Assembly: GCA_944391705.1 (NCBI GenBank)
Contig: CALXUN010000005.1
Coordinates: forward strand, 19,873-83,872
From: an uncultured Alphaproteobacteria bacterium
Lineage (GTDB): Bacteria; Pseudomonadota; Alphaproteobacteria; RF32; CAG-239
DNA length: 64,000 nt
Direction: 5' to 3'
Part shown: positions 29,618-37,964 of the stretch, piece after piece
How the letters are laid out: the number at the start of each line of letters is the position of its first letter
Position numbering within the stretch: the first letter of the stretch is position 1
Program-made: the position numbers and the translations under genes
Notes under the pieces: model-generated
The model's input: the letters and a program-made list of their open reading frames with translations, nothing else
The model's database searches: none
What the model was told of the DNA's origin: nothing

Positions 29618-30181
29618 ATGAAACAACTTGCAGGATCTATCAGAATTGGCTGGGTCATTGAATATAAAGGCAAACCCTGGACCATTACCAAAGCACAACA
29701 TATTAAACCGGGCAAAGGCGGCGCCTTTATGCAGGTCGAGATGAAAGCGGTCGAAGAAGGTACTAAAACCAACGAACGTTTCCGCACCGAAGATACGGTT
29801 GAAAAAATGATGGTTGAGGATAAAGACTGCCAGTTTTTATTTGAAGATACCAACGGACTGACTTTTATGGAAAGCGAAACCTTTGAGCAGTTTACAATGC
29901 CTGCCGATATTTTAGGCGACTCGCGCCCGTTTTTAACCGACGGCATGAATGTGCGCATTGCCCACATCAACGGCCGGCCGATTTCGGTTGAGTTGCCGCT
30001 TCAGGTTACCTGCACGGTTGTGGAAACCGAACCGGTTGTCAAAGGTCAGACGGCTGCCTCTTCTTATAAACCGGCCATTTTGGATAACGGCGTCCGGGTT
30101 ATGGTTCCGCCGTTTATCGGTGCGGGCGATAAAATTGTTGTCGGCACCTCCGAAGCCAACTATGTCGAGAGAGCAAAATAA
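29618..30181 (+). CDS. efp: Elongation factor P
   Basis: IKPGKGGAFMQVEMK loop. The length is 187 aa. Confidence 0.93.
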   Translation: MKQLAGSIRIGWVIEYKGKPWTITKAQHIKPGKGGAFMQVEMKAVEEGTKTNERFRTEDTVEKMMVEDKDCQFLFEDTNGLTFMESETFEQFTMPADILGDSRPFLTDGMNVRIAHINGRPISVELPLQVTCTVVETEPVVKGQTAASSYKPAILDNGVRVMVPPFIGAGDKIVVGTSEANYVERAK

Positions 30182-30981
30182 TGTCTTACCTTTCCCCTTT
30201 GTTGACAGCCATTGTCGGGGCGGTCAAAAAATCCGCCTCATCGCTTGACCGTGATTTCAGCGAACTTGAACAGCTGCAAAACTCCGTCCGCGGCAACAAA
30301 AATTTTGTTTTTAATTCTTATAACCGGATTGAGCAAAACTTAAAAACAGAGCTCGGAAGAATCCGTCCGGACGTTCCGATTCTTACCCCAAACGACAGGG
30401 TTGCCGGCACAGCTTATTTTGCCATCAGCCCGATTGAGGGGCTTATCAATTTTGCCCACGGCAATCCGGAATTTGCGGTTTCGGTCGCTTTAATCGAAAA
30501 CGGCGCACCGGTTTGCGGCGTGGTTTATAATCCGGCACGCGATGAAACCTTTTTTGCCGAAAAAGGCAAAGGCGCCTTTAAGGAAGGTTACCGCAGCCAT
30601 GAACGCCTGCGCGTGTCTTCCGTCAAAGAATTAGACGGTGCTTTAATCAGCACAACGGCCGGCTATAAAGAAAACAGCGATGAAGCCGCCAGGCTGCATG
30701 CTTTAATCTTGAAAAAAACCGGAAACCTGCGTTTAAGCGGCTGTATTGCTCTGGATTTGGCTTATCTTGCCGGCGGCAAATATGATGCTTCTTTAAGCCT
30801 TAACAACCATGTCTGCTCCATGGCGGCAGGTTTGTTGCTGGTTAAGGAGGCCGGCGGCGCCGTTCGCGGCATGGCGCAAAAAGATATGCGGGTCGAAGAT
30901 TTAAAAGAAATCTTTAAAAACGGCAATCTGGCTGCGTCTAACTTTAACCTTAATCCCAAGGTTGCGGAAATTTTTAAATAA
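30181..30981 (+). CDS. suhB: Inositol monophosphatase family protein
   Basis: IMPase-like pattern, including the C-terminal SMAAGLLLVKEAGG. Its start overlaps the efp stop. Confidence 0.8.
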   Translation: MSYLSPLLTAIVGAVKKSASSLDRDFSELEQLQNSVRGNKNFVFNSYNRIEQNLKTELGRIRPDVPILTPNDRVAGTAYFAISPIEGLINFAHGNPEFAVSVALIENGAPVCGVVYNPARDETFFAEKGKGAFKEGYRSHERLRVSSVKELDGALISTTAGYKENSDEAARLHALILKKTGNLRLSGCIALDLAYLAGGKYDASLSLNNHVCSMAAGLLLVKEAGGAVRGMAQKDMRVEDLKEIFKNGNLAASNFNLNPKVAEIFK

Positions 30982-31068
30982 ATGGTAAAAAAACTCTTGA
31001 TAAATTGATTTGATTAAGGTATAAGGGCTTAAAATTTAGAAAAAGCTTTCAAAAATGGAGAAATTAAA

Positions 31069-31311
31069 ATGAAAAAAGGCATTCATCCGGATTATCATGA
31101 GATTACTTATGTCATGACAGACGGTACGGAATATAAAGTCAATTCGACCTGGGGCAAAGCCGGCGCTAAAATGAATTTGGAAATCGATCCTAAATCTCAT
31201 CCGGCTTGGACGGGTATTCACCGCATGGTTGATACCGGCGGTCAGGTATCCAAGTTTAACAACAAATTTGCCGCTTTCGGTATTAAAACCGATACCAGTG
31301 TTAATAAGTAA
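31069..31311 (+). CDS. rpmE: Ribosomal protein L31
   Basis: [12 protein letters not shown]... is the classic L31 N-terminus. Confidence 0.93.
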   Translation: MKKGIHPDYHEITYVMTDGTEYKVNSTWGKAGAKMNLEIDPKSHPAWTGIHRMVDTGGQVSKFNNKFAAFGIKTDTSVNK

Positions 31312-31336
31312 TACTCAGGTTTTAATTTGTGTTTTA

Positions 31337-31367
31337 ATCCTGCTTTCAACTAAGCAGGATTTTTTTA
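31337..31367 (+). terminator. Terminator after rpmE
   Basis: Stem ATCCTGCTT / AAGCAGGAT followed by T7. Confidence 0.7.
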
Positions 31368-31413
31368 ATGCCCGGCACATGGATTCGCGTGCCGGGCATG
31401 GTTCTGTTGCCGG

Positions 31414-31764
31414 TTATGGCACCTTCGGGGCTTCCGTTTGAGAGGCTTCAGCCGCTTGAAGCGTGGTCTGTTCTTCACTTTCCTCTTCTGCCTCAAGCTC
31501 CTCTTCTTCCGGTTCGTATTGTTTCTCGTCTATCAATTTCACCGAAAACCATTTCCCGTAGAAATATAACAGTTTTGCCATATCAAACCACGGCAGATTC
31601 CCCGTACGCTCTGATTTTTTTATCCGACATTCCGGTATTAATGTTGCCGCCGATACCTTCGAGGCTGATATCCGGTGTTTCGTCCGATAGTCATGCATCC
31701 GGTGTAATAGTTGGACATTAAATGATTTTTTCACCACTTTCGCGTGGCAGCTTCTTTTGCTCAT
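31414..31764 (-). CDS. XRE-like HTH protein with an acidic C-terminal tail
   Basis: SASKVSAATLIPECRIKKSERTG is HTH-like. The tail is EPEEEELEAEEESEEQ. GAGGAG precedes the ATG. Confidence 0.55.
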   Translation of the reverse strand: MSKRSCHAKVVKKSFNVQLLHRMHDYRTKHRISASKVSAATLIPECRIKKSERTGNLPWFDMAKLLYFYGKWFSVKLIDEKQYEPEEEELEAEEESEEQTTLQAAEASQTEAPKVP

Positions 31765-31795
31765 GTTTTTTAACTCCTCATTTGTTTATAAAATT

Positions 31796-31825
31796 AAAAC
31801 AAAACCGCTTTGAAAATCAAAGCGG
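31796..31825 (-). terminator. Terminator downstream of the zeta-toxin operon
   Basis: The minus strand reads CCGCTTTG-atttt-CAAAGCGG followed by TTTTGTTTT. Confidence 0.55.
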
Positions 31826-31992
31826 AGGAGCTGAAAAACTGTGTAAACTCAATCAGAGTTATTCGTGCGCAAAAGCCTTATTTCCTCCACTCCCCTTTTC
31901 AAGGAGTTTGTTTACATGATGTTTTTGAGACACCACCGTCAAGCGACGGCAGTGCTTATATTAAAGAATTATGTGATTTTTGCAAGGAAATT

Positions 31993-32928
31993 TTATAGCG
32001 TATTCTGATTGTTTCTTTTGACCATAATTTTGCCGGAAGAAGCCGGCATATTTTTCTTATTATCTTGATTGCTTTCAGGTGCTGTCATTTTAGAACGCGT
32101 ATTCTTGATAAGTTTTATTGAAAGTTGGCGGCGCCAAGCGCTTAAATCATCAATATATTCCTGTCCTTCACCACGGTTTTGCATTTTTTCAAGCAAATCA
32201 TTACAAAGCCCGCCATAACGTCTGATATTTTCATGGCTCAGTGGTTTTGCTCTTTCAGCGCTAACAGCTTTTGCCACACCTTTATCCCCGGTTTTGAATA
32301 TAATTTCACCGGCGCGGTTATAAATCGTTATCGTATCATAAAGCCTTTCATCTTCAATTTTTTGCAGCGTGTCAAGCATGCCGTGATAAGCTGCGTCATG
32401 GGAAAATTTTGACGTAAAGCGGGCCAGCGGATATCTGTCAAGCTGCTCCTGATATCGGGCATAAATTGAAATCCGGCTTTCAATTTCCGGCACGGCTAAT
32501 GCCAGAATATTAATTTTATAGCCTTCCGTCTGCAAATGTTTGATTGTATCGCAAATCTGCGTGGTTCGCATGGTACCTTCAAAAACAATATTATAATGCC
32601 CGGCAATGGCCGCATCAAATACCGATTTTCCCCATGCCCGCACGTCCGGATCGGTATATGCGGCAAAATCCTTGTCATGCAGGGCAAAAATTTCCTGCGC
32701 CTGCGGATGATTCAAACGAAATTCATCACTGTTGATTGTTACAATGTTTGAACTGCCGAAATTTTCATATACACGTTTGGTTAAAACGCTTTTTCCGGCA
32801 CCGGGCTGACCGCCCAAAATAAAAACCTGCGGATTGGAAACCGGCTCTTTTCCGATAAATAAACTGTTTTTTATTTCTTGACAAATGGCGTCATGAACTT
32901 CTTGCGGAAGTTTGTATTCATCTAACAT
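31993..32928 (-). CDS. Zeta-toxin family kinase with a basic C-terminal extension
   Basis: Walker A FILGGQPGAGKS, followed by the zeta-like NSDEFR and FEGTMR blocks. The ATG at 32928 overlaps the upstream ORF stop (ATGTTAGATGA). Confidence 0.8.
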   Translation of the reverse strand: MLDEYKLPQEVHDAICQEIKNSLFIGKEPVSNPQVFILGGQPGAGKSVLTKRVYENFGSSNIVTINSDEFRLNHPQAQEIFALHDKDFAAYTDPDVRAWGKSVFDAAIAGHYNIVFEGTMRTTQICDTIKHLQTEGYKINILALAVPEIESRISIYARYQEQLDRYPLARFTSKFSHDAAYHGMLDTLQKIEDERLYDTITIYNRAGEIIFKTGDKGVAKAVSAERAKPLSHENIRRYGGLCNDLLEKMQNRGEGQEYIDDLSAWRRQLSIKLIKNTRSKMTAPESNQDNKKNMPASSGKIMVKRNNQNTL

Positions 32929-33211
32929 TGTTTTTTCCCGCAAGATATTCTTTCATTTCTTTGGAATATTCATTCAAAATTTTATTTCTGATCTGCTGAT
33001 TTCCCCGGTACATTAAATGGCGTTCTTCATTAAGCAAACTCAACTCTTTTTCCAGACGTGCCACAAGTTTATTATCTCTTTGCTGTTCCGGCTTCATTTT
33101 TTCCAAAGCAAGGCGCGTCACACGGGTTGCCCGCATTCCCGCCATAATTTCAATGGCAGTATCCATTTGTGCCAAAATGACCGGATTGCTGTCATCTGTT
33201 TTTTCATTCAT
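32918..33211 (-). CDS. Candidate antitoxin (epsilon-sized helical protein)
   Basis: 97-aa helical, charged ORF that appears translationally coupled to the zeta toxin (11-nt overlap). I recognised no motif in it. Confidence 0.5.
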   Translation of the reverse strand: MNEKTDDSNPVILAQMDTAIEIMAGMRATRVTRLALEKMKPEQQRDNKLVARLEKELSLLNEERHLMYRGNQQIRNKILNEYSKEMKEYLAGKNNVR

Positions 33212-33406
33212 TGCTTTTCTCCTTTATTGGTAAGGTATCAGTTTCTTTTTAACCTGACAAGAAAATTATTTTTTTAAGAAATGTTACCGGCTATAAATAC
33301 CGGCTTTTTCCCTTTGGTAAAAAATTATAAAAAAACCTCTTGTATAATCTTAAAGTTTTGCCTATTGTTAATGTATTAAAAACATAAAAATGAAAGGAAA
33401 AAAATA

Positions 33407-34165
33407 ATGACGGCTCCTTTAATGCCTAAAGCCACGGCGGTCTGGCTTGTTGAAAATACGACGCTCACTTTCCGCCAGATTGCTACGTTTTGCGAATTGC
33501 ACGAACTGGAAATCCAGGCGATTGCCGACGGCGATGTTGCTTATAACATCATCGGTATCAGTCCGGTTGCCAACGGTCAGTTGTCCGCAGAAGAAATCAA
33601 ACGCTGCGAAGCCGATGCGTCCGCCAATCTGGTCGCGAATATTATTGAACGCAACGTTAAAGAGTCTAATGCCAAAAATAAAAAAGTTTTGTCGCCGTCA
33701 CAACGCAGTGATAAACCGGCAGCCATTTTGTGGATTATCCGCAATTGTCCGGAAATTACCGATCCGCAGATTTGTAAACTGATTGGTACCACCAAACCGA
33801 CAATTGCAGCCATTCGTACCGGAACGCGGCCGGATATGTCCGCACTCAGAGCCAAGAACCCGGTTGCCATCGGGCTTTGTTCGGAAAAAGATTTGGATGC
33901 GGCCATCACGATAGCCAAAGAAAAGGCCGAAAGACTTGCCAACCCGAAACCCAAAACCCAAAAGAAAGCAGCAAAGAAAAAAGTAACGGCCAAAAAAGAA
34001 ACGGTGAAAAAAACAGCTAAAAAAGCTGCGACTAAGAAAGCCACGGCAAAAAAAGCTACAGCTAAAAAAACAACCGCCAAGAAGGCTCCGGCCAAAAAAG
34101 CGGCTAAAAAGACAACCGTTAAAAAAGCACCGGCGAAAAAGAAAGCCGCTAGAAAAAGCAAATAA
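33407..34165 (+). CDS. DUF1013 (TrcR-like) protein with a histone-H1-like AKK-repeat tail
   Basis: The N-terminus MTAPLMPKATAVWLVENTTLTFRQIATFC..LE.QAIADG is the alphaproteobacterial DUF1013 signature. The last approximately 70 aa are Lys/Ala/Thr/Pro repeats. Confidence 0.75.
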   Translation: MTAPLMPKATAVWLVENTTLTFRQIATFCELHELEIQAIADGDVAYNIIGISPVANGQLSAEEIKRCEADASANLVANIIERNVKESNAKNKKVLSPSQRSDKPAAILWIIRNCPEITDPQICKLIGTTKPTIAAIRTGTRPDMSALRAKNPVAIGLCSEKDLDAAITIAKEKAERLANPKPKTQKKAAKKKVTAKKETVKKTAKKAATKKATAKKATAKKTTAKKAPAKKAAKKTTVKKAPAKKKAARKSK

Positions 34166-34187
34166 CTCCTGGCGACTGTTTTAATTA

Positions 34188-34221
34188 ATCCCCTGAAATT
34201 TTTCTTTCAGGGGATTTTTTA
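34188..34221. terminator. Hairpin terminator between convergent genes
   Basis: Stem ATCCCCTGAAA / TTTCAGGGGAT, followed by T6 on the + strand. Confidence 0.7.
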
Positions 34222-34296
34222 TTACAGATCATGGCGAAAAACCAGCATACCGGTATGGACATTATAATTGTTGCGCAACTGTCCGTAATAGCCAAG

Positions 34297-35383
34297 CTAG
34301 ATATGCGTCGTATCATTTATGCTGAGCTCGGTTCCGGCATTAAGTTCCAAACCAAACTTTGACATTTGCCTTTGTTCGACAGATACGGGCCCGGCCTCAA
34401 ACATTCCGCCAATGTGCCGGTCGCTTTGTGTAAAATCATACAGCCCCGAAATTTTAACCTGCGGTTTAAGACGCTTTCCGCCGGCAAGCAAAAATTCCTG
34501 CTGCATTTTAATACCGATAATTCCGGTTAAAACATCGTTTTTGTTATCATCAACCCGGATACCTTCTAAATTTTTATAATCGCCATGCCATATATGTAAA
34601 TAACGTAAGCCGGCTTCCGGGGTCAGCCAGCCGGTATCATAACCGGACATTATCTGCAAACCCGCCGTCTGGAAATTATATTTTTTTTGTTCCGCCGCCC
34701 TCATCAAAACGGGTATGCGCATACATCATTATCAAATCAGCATACCACGGCGACGGTTTATACTCTCCATAAACAAAACCACTGTGCGTGTTTGCGTTGG
34801 CATCATTTGAATTTCCTTTAATGTCATTATATAAATAACTGTATCCGAATCCGAGTTTATAATCATCAAACCGCTTTTCAAAACCGGCCGTCAGGCCATA
34901 TGCTTCAGTGCTTTGATTCTGGTAATGGCCGGCAACGCTATTAACCCAGATGCTGCTGTTTTTTTCCAGGCTTATTTGTTCGCCGCCTTCATAAACATTA
35001 ATACCGCCGCTGGTGCGGGAAGAAATGTTGTTTAACAACAGACCGGCATTTTGAACAACCAGATTAAGCGCATCAATATTAAGTTCTGCCGTTTTTAGTC
35101 CGGAATTTTTTAAAGACAGATGCAGGGTGGAATCTTTTGAAACGGAATAACCCTGCAGCGTGTTTCCGTCTTCTAATATTTTACCGGCAAAAACCAATTG
35201 CTGCTGATCCGGAGGAATACCTTCTTTATCCTGAATTTTGGCTTTGACATCTTCAATTCTGTCGGTCGGTTCCACTTCAAGCGTGATGTGTTTGCCGTTT
35301 AAAGTTTTTACGAAAATCTGCATAGCCTGGGCTGACCCGCTCCATAATAAAACCAATATTAAAACCATGTAAAATTTTTTCAT
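34297..35383 (-). pseudogene. Signal peptide, ubiquitin-like domain and autotransporter beta-domain gene, frameshifted at an A8 tract
   Basis: ORF 34676..35383 encodes [22 protein letters not shown] followed by MQIFVKTL...STLHL. ORF 34297..34722 continues the beta-barrel in another frame. The total length of 1087 nt is not a multiple of 3. T8 on the + strand lies at 34681-34688. Confidence 0.8.
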
Positions 35384-35386
35384 TTC

Positions 35387-36919
35387 TTAAAATTCCTTTT
35401 CAACTGTTAAAATTTTTTCTGCCGCAACGACATAACCGTATACCACTTTGTCCCCTTCATTGCGCAGTGCTTTGCGTTCCATGGAAAGCTTATTAAAACC
35501 GTTCTTTTTCAAAAGTTTTAATACATAATCGCTGCCATGAACAAAGCGTCCTGACGGGGTTAGAAAATAATCATCATTATTGTGCGTGTTTTCCGAAACC
35601 GTAAACACAAAAAGCCCTTTATTGCCCAAGACACCGGCAACCAAAGCAAACAACTTCTGTAAATCGCCAAAATAAGTCAGGACATCAGCCGCCGTTACCA
35701 GGTGGTAAATACGTTTATCCGTGGCCAGAAAATTAAGAATATCATCTGCCGTCAAACGGTCATAAACATATTTTTTCCCGGCTTCTTCCAACATTTTTTC
35801 GGATAAATCAACCCCGGTAATTTCACTCCAGCCGATAACCGGCTTAACGGCCTGGGCGCACAAACCGGTGCCGCAGCCTAAATCCAGGCAGCGGACGGGT
35901 TTGAAAAAATCTTTTTTTATCACGGTCCGGACAGCTTCTGCCACATATTCGGGTGCCTGGTATTCAAGCCCGGCCAGCGTCGAATCGAAATCAGCGGCAA
36001 AGGCATCAAAAATCTGCAGCACATAATCTTTATCCGCCTTTTTCACCGGCTTATCATTTAAAACGGCATCGGCCATGTAAGCCACAACTTTATTATCGGC
36101 AAAGGTATCGCGCCATTTGGAAGCATAATATGCGGCGGCTTCTGCTCCTTTTTCTTCGGCGCATTCATACAGAAGATAACCAAAATTGATGTGCTGGTCT
36201 TTTTGTGCTTCACCGGCGTACAAAACAGCATTCCATCCCGCTTCCAGCGCTTTGTCCCAGTTTTCGATTTTTTGGTAAAGACGGCTTAACGACGTATAAA
36301 TCCACGGGTTATCGTTTCGTAAATCCAACGCCCGCAGTAAACAGTTTTCCGCCTTTTCATACCGCCCGAGCTCTATATAGGAATTGCCGCGGATAATATA
36401 GGCATCAACGCTTGAGGGATATAATTTTAAGGCTTTACGGGCATAATCAAGCGCTTTGACAAAACGACCCAGATCATAACAGGTGTTGGCCATGTTTACA
36501 ACGGCAATATAACTGGCTTTGTTATTTTTATAAACAGCTTCATAAAACTGAAATGCCGTTTCATAATCGCCTTTACAATAGGCAATGTTACCCAAATTAA
36601 GCAGTGCCGAAGCATTATCGGGAAATTTTTTTAATATCCGGCGGGAAAATTTTTCCGAATTTTTATAATCACCGTGATTATAATAAACATTAGCCAGAGC
36701 AACTAAAGAAGTGACGGAAACCGGATTAAGCCTTGATGCCCTTTTATAAAAAGCTATAGCCTGTTCGGCATCGCCAAGCGCATCAAAACAGTTGCCGCAG
36801 AAAATGGAATATTTCTCGGTTTTCGGGCTTTTTTTATACAGCGAAAGGTAAATATCCAGCGCTTCCGGATATTTTTGTTCGCCGTATAAGGCTGCTGCTT
36901 TTTGCTCCAGAATGCTCAC
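35387..36919 (-). CDS. TPR-repeat protein fused to a class I SAM methyltransferase
   Basis: The N-terminal half has TPR-like repeats (AIAFYKRA, ALANVYY, AYIIRGNSYIELGRYEKA). The C-terminal half has motif I VRCLDLGCGTG. Its stop lies 3 nt before the ubiquitin-like gene start. Confidence 0.8.
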   Translation of the reverse strand: MSILEQKAAALYGEQKYPEALDIYLSLYKKSPKTEKYSIFCGNCFDALGDAEQAIAFYKRASRLNPVSVTSLVALANVYYNHGDYKNSEKFSRRILKKFPDNASALLNLGNIAYCKGDYETAFQFYEAVYKNNKASYIAVVNMANTCYDLGRFVKALDYARKALKLYPSSVDAYIIRGNSYIELGRYEKAENCLLRALDLRNDNPWIYTSLSRLYQKIENWDKALEAGWNAVLYAGEAQKDQHINFGYLLYECAEEKGAEAAAYYASKWRDTFADNKVVAYMADAVLNDKPVKKADKDYVLQIFDAFAADFDSTLAGLEYQAPEYVAEAVRTVIKKDFFKPVRCLDLGCGTGLCAQAVKPVIGWSEITGVDLSEKMLEEAGKKYVYDRLTADDILNFLATDKRIYHLVTAADVLTYFGDLQKLFALVAGVLGNKGLFVFTVSENTHNNDDYFLTPSGRFVHGSDYVLKLLKKNGFNKLSMERKALRNEGDKVVYGYVVAAEKILTVEKEF

Positions 36920-37044
36920 AAATTTTCCTCTGTTTTTATGTTCAGGCTACTATACAATAAAATTTGTCAAAAGAAAATACTAAAAATTAATAAAAAACTA
37001 TTGACGGACGGAATTAAATATTATATTTATGGCATACGTTTTAC

Positions 37045-37130
37045 GGGGGTATGGCGGAATTGGTAGACGCGCTAGACTCAAAATCTTGTGGGTTCATCCC
37101 GTGTCAGTTCGAGTCTGACTACCCCTACCA
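37045..37130 (+). tRNA. tRNA-Leu (anticodon CAA)
   Basis: 86 nt with a long variable arm, D-arm GCGGAATTGGTAGACGC, anticodon loop CTCAAAA, T-loop GTTCGAGTC and encoded CCA. Confidence 0.88.
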
Positions 37131-37138
37131 TTTAAGAA

Positions 37139-37168
37139 AAAGCTCCGGAATTTTCCGGAGCTTTTTTC
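37139..37168 (+). terminator. Terminator after tRNA-Leu
   Basis: Stem AGCTCCGGA / TCCGGAGCT followed by T6. Confidence 0.7.
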
Positions 37169-37304
37169 GTTTGTTTTCTTTTGAAATATGTGCACCTGCT
37201 GTCCAGAGCAAAAAATTACTTATAAACATAGACTTTAGTATTATATGCCTTTTTTTAGCTCAAATTAAAGGTTATATCCTTTAATGTCATTCCGGGAGGG
37301 TGCC

Positions 37305-37499
37305 ATGATAAAAGTTAACGTTGCCAACTATATTATTCATGATTTACAAAAAAGGTTCCCGATGCAAAACGAAAATATCGTGGATACCGACATCATTGAT
37401 GTCTTGGTTGACCGCTGGTCGCATCATCAGTATGTGGCGCCGAATTCAACCGTGAAACTTAATCATCCACCTTCTCAAAACAATCTTTATTTAATGTAA
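37305..37499 (+). CDS. Small hypothetical protein
   Basis: GGGAGGG-N4-ATG at 37305. The 64-aa ORF is followed by a terminator. Confidence 0.4.
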   Translation: MIKVNVANYIIHDLQKRFPMQNENIVDTDIIDVLVDRWSHHQYVAPNSTVKLNHPPSQNNLYLM

Positions 37500-37521
37500 G
37501 TTTTACCTCATGAAAGTTTGT

Positions 37522-37552
37522 ACTCGGGCCTGAATTTCCCGAGTCTTTTTTT
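37522..37552 (+). terminator. Terminator
   Basis: Stem ACTCGGG / CCCGAGT followed by CT7. Confidence 0.65.
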
Positions 37553-37646
37553 ATTGTCAAGATAGCTTTGTTTATATCTTTAAAATTATTCAAAACAGCA
37601 TACGTCTTTTGCTGTACAAAAAAATTATTAACTATGAGGTGAAGCT

Positions 37647-37889
37647 ATGAATACATTGCAAAAACAAAAAGAAATCGAAAGAAACATTATGTTTGTCGGT
37701 ACCATTTATGACAGTTTTGAAGCTTTGGAAGAAACTTTAGGTAAACTCAAATTAGAAAAGCCTCTGTTTATTACGCACATCGCCAAGCAGGCCTTTGCCC
37801 AGGAAATTTTTGATTATGCCGAAAAAAAGCCGGAAATTTATGCCGCGCCAAAGATAAAAACAACCGACAAACGGCCGATATTACATTAA
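37647..37889 (+). CDS. Small hypothetical protein
   Basis: GAGGTG-N6-ATG, 80 aa. Confidence 0.4.
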   Translation: MNTLQKQKEIERNIMFVGTIYDSFEALEETLGKLKLEKPLFITHIAKQAFAQEIFDYAEKKPEIYAAPKIKTTDKRPILH

Positions 37890-37964
37890 AGTAAAAATTC
37901 TGATAAAAACTGCTCAACCACAAAAGAAGCGGATGCCATACGGCACCCGCTTCTTTCTTGCTTT

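Noticed and set aside
33960-34160. The AKK-coding region as a DNA tandem repeat or VNTR.
   Set aside because: The repeat is at the amino-acid level with varied codons and unit lengths. It is better described as coding low complexity.
33577-34161. A 194-aa antisense ORF rich in Phe/Leu/Ala opposite the DUF1013 gene.
   Set aside because: It is the mirror image of the AKK-repeat tail, because GCn/AAR codons read backwards give F/L/A. The sense strand has a conserved N-terminal domain, an RBS context and a terminator.
37051-37284. A 77-aa ORF starting inside tRNA-Leu.
   Set aside because: It overlaps the tRNA and its terminator, so it is spurious.
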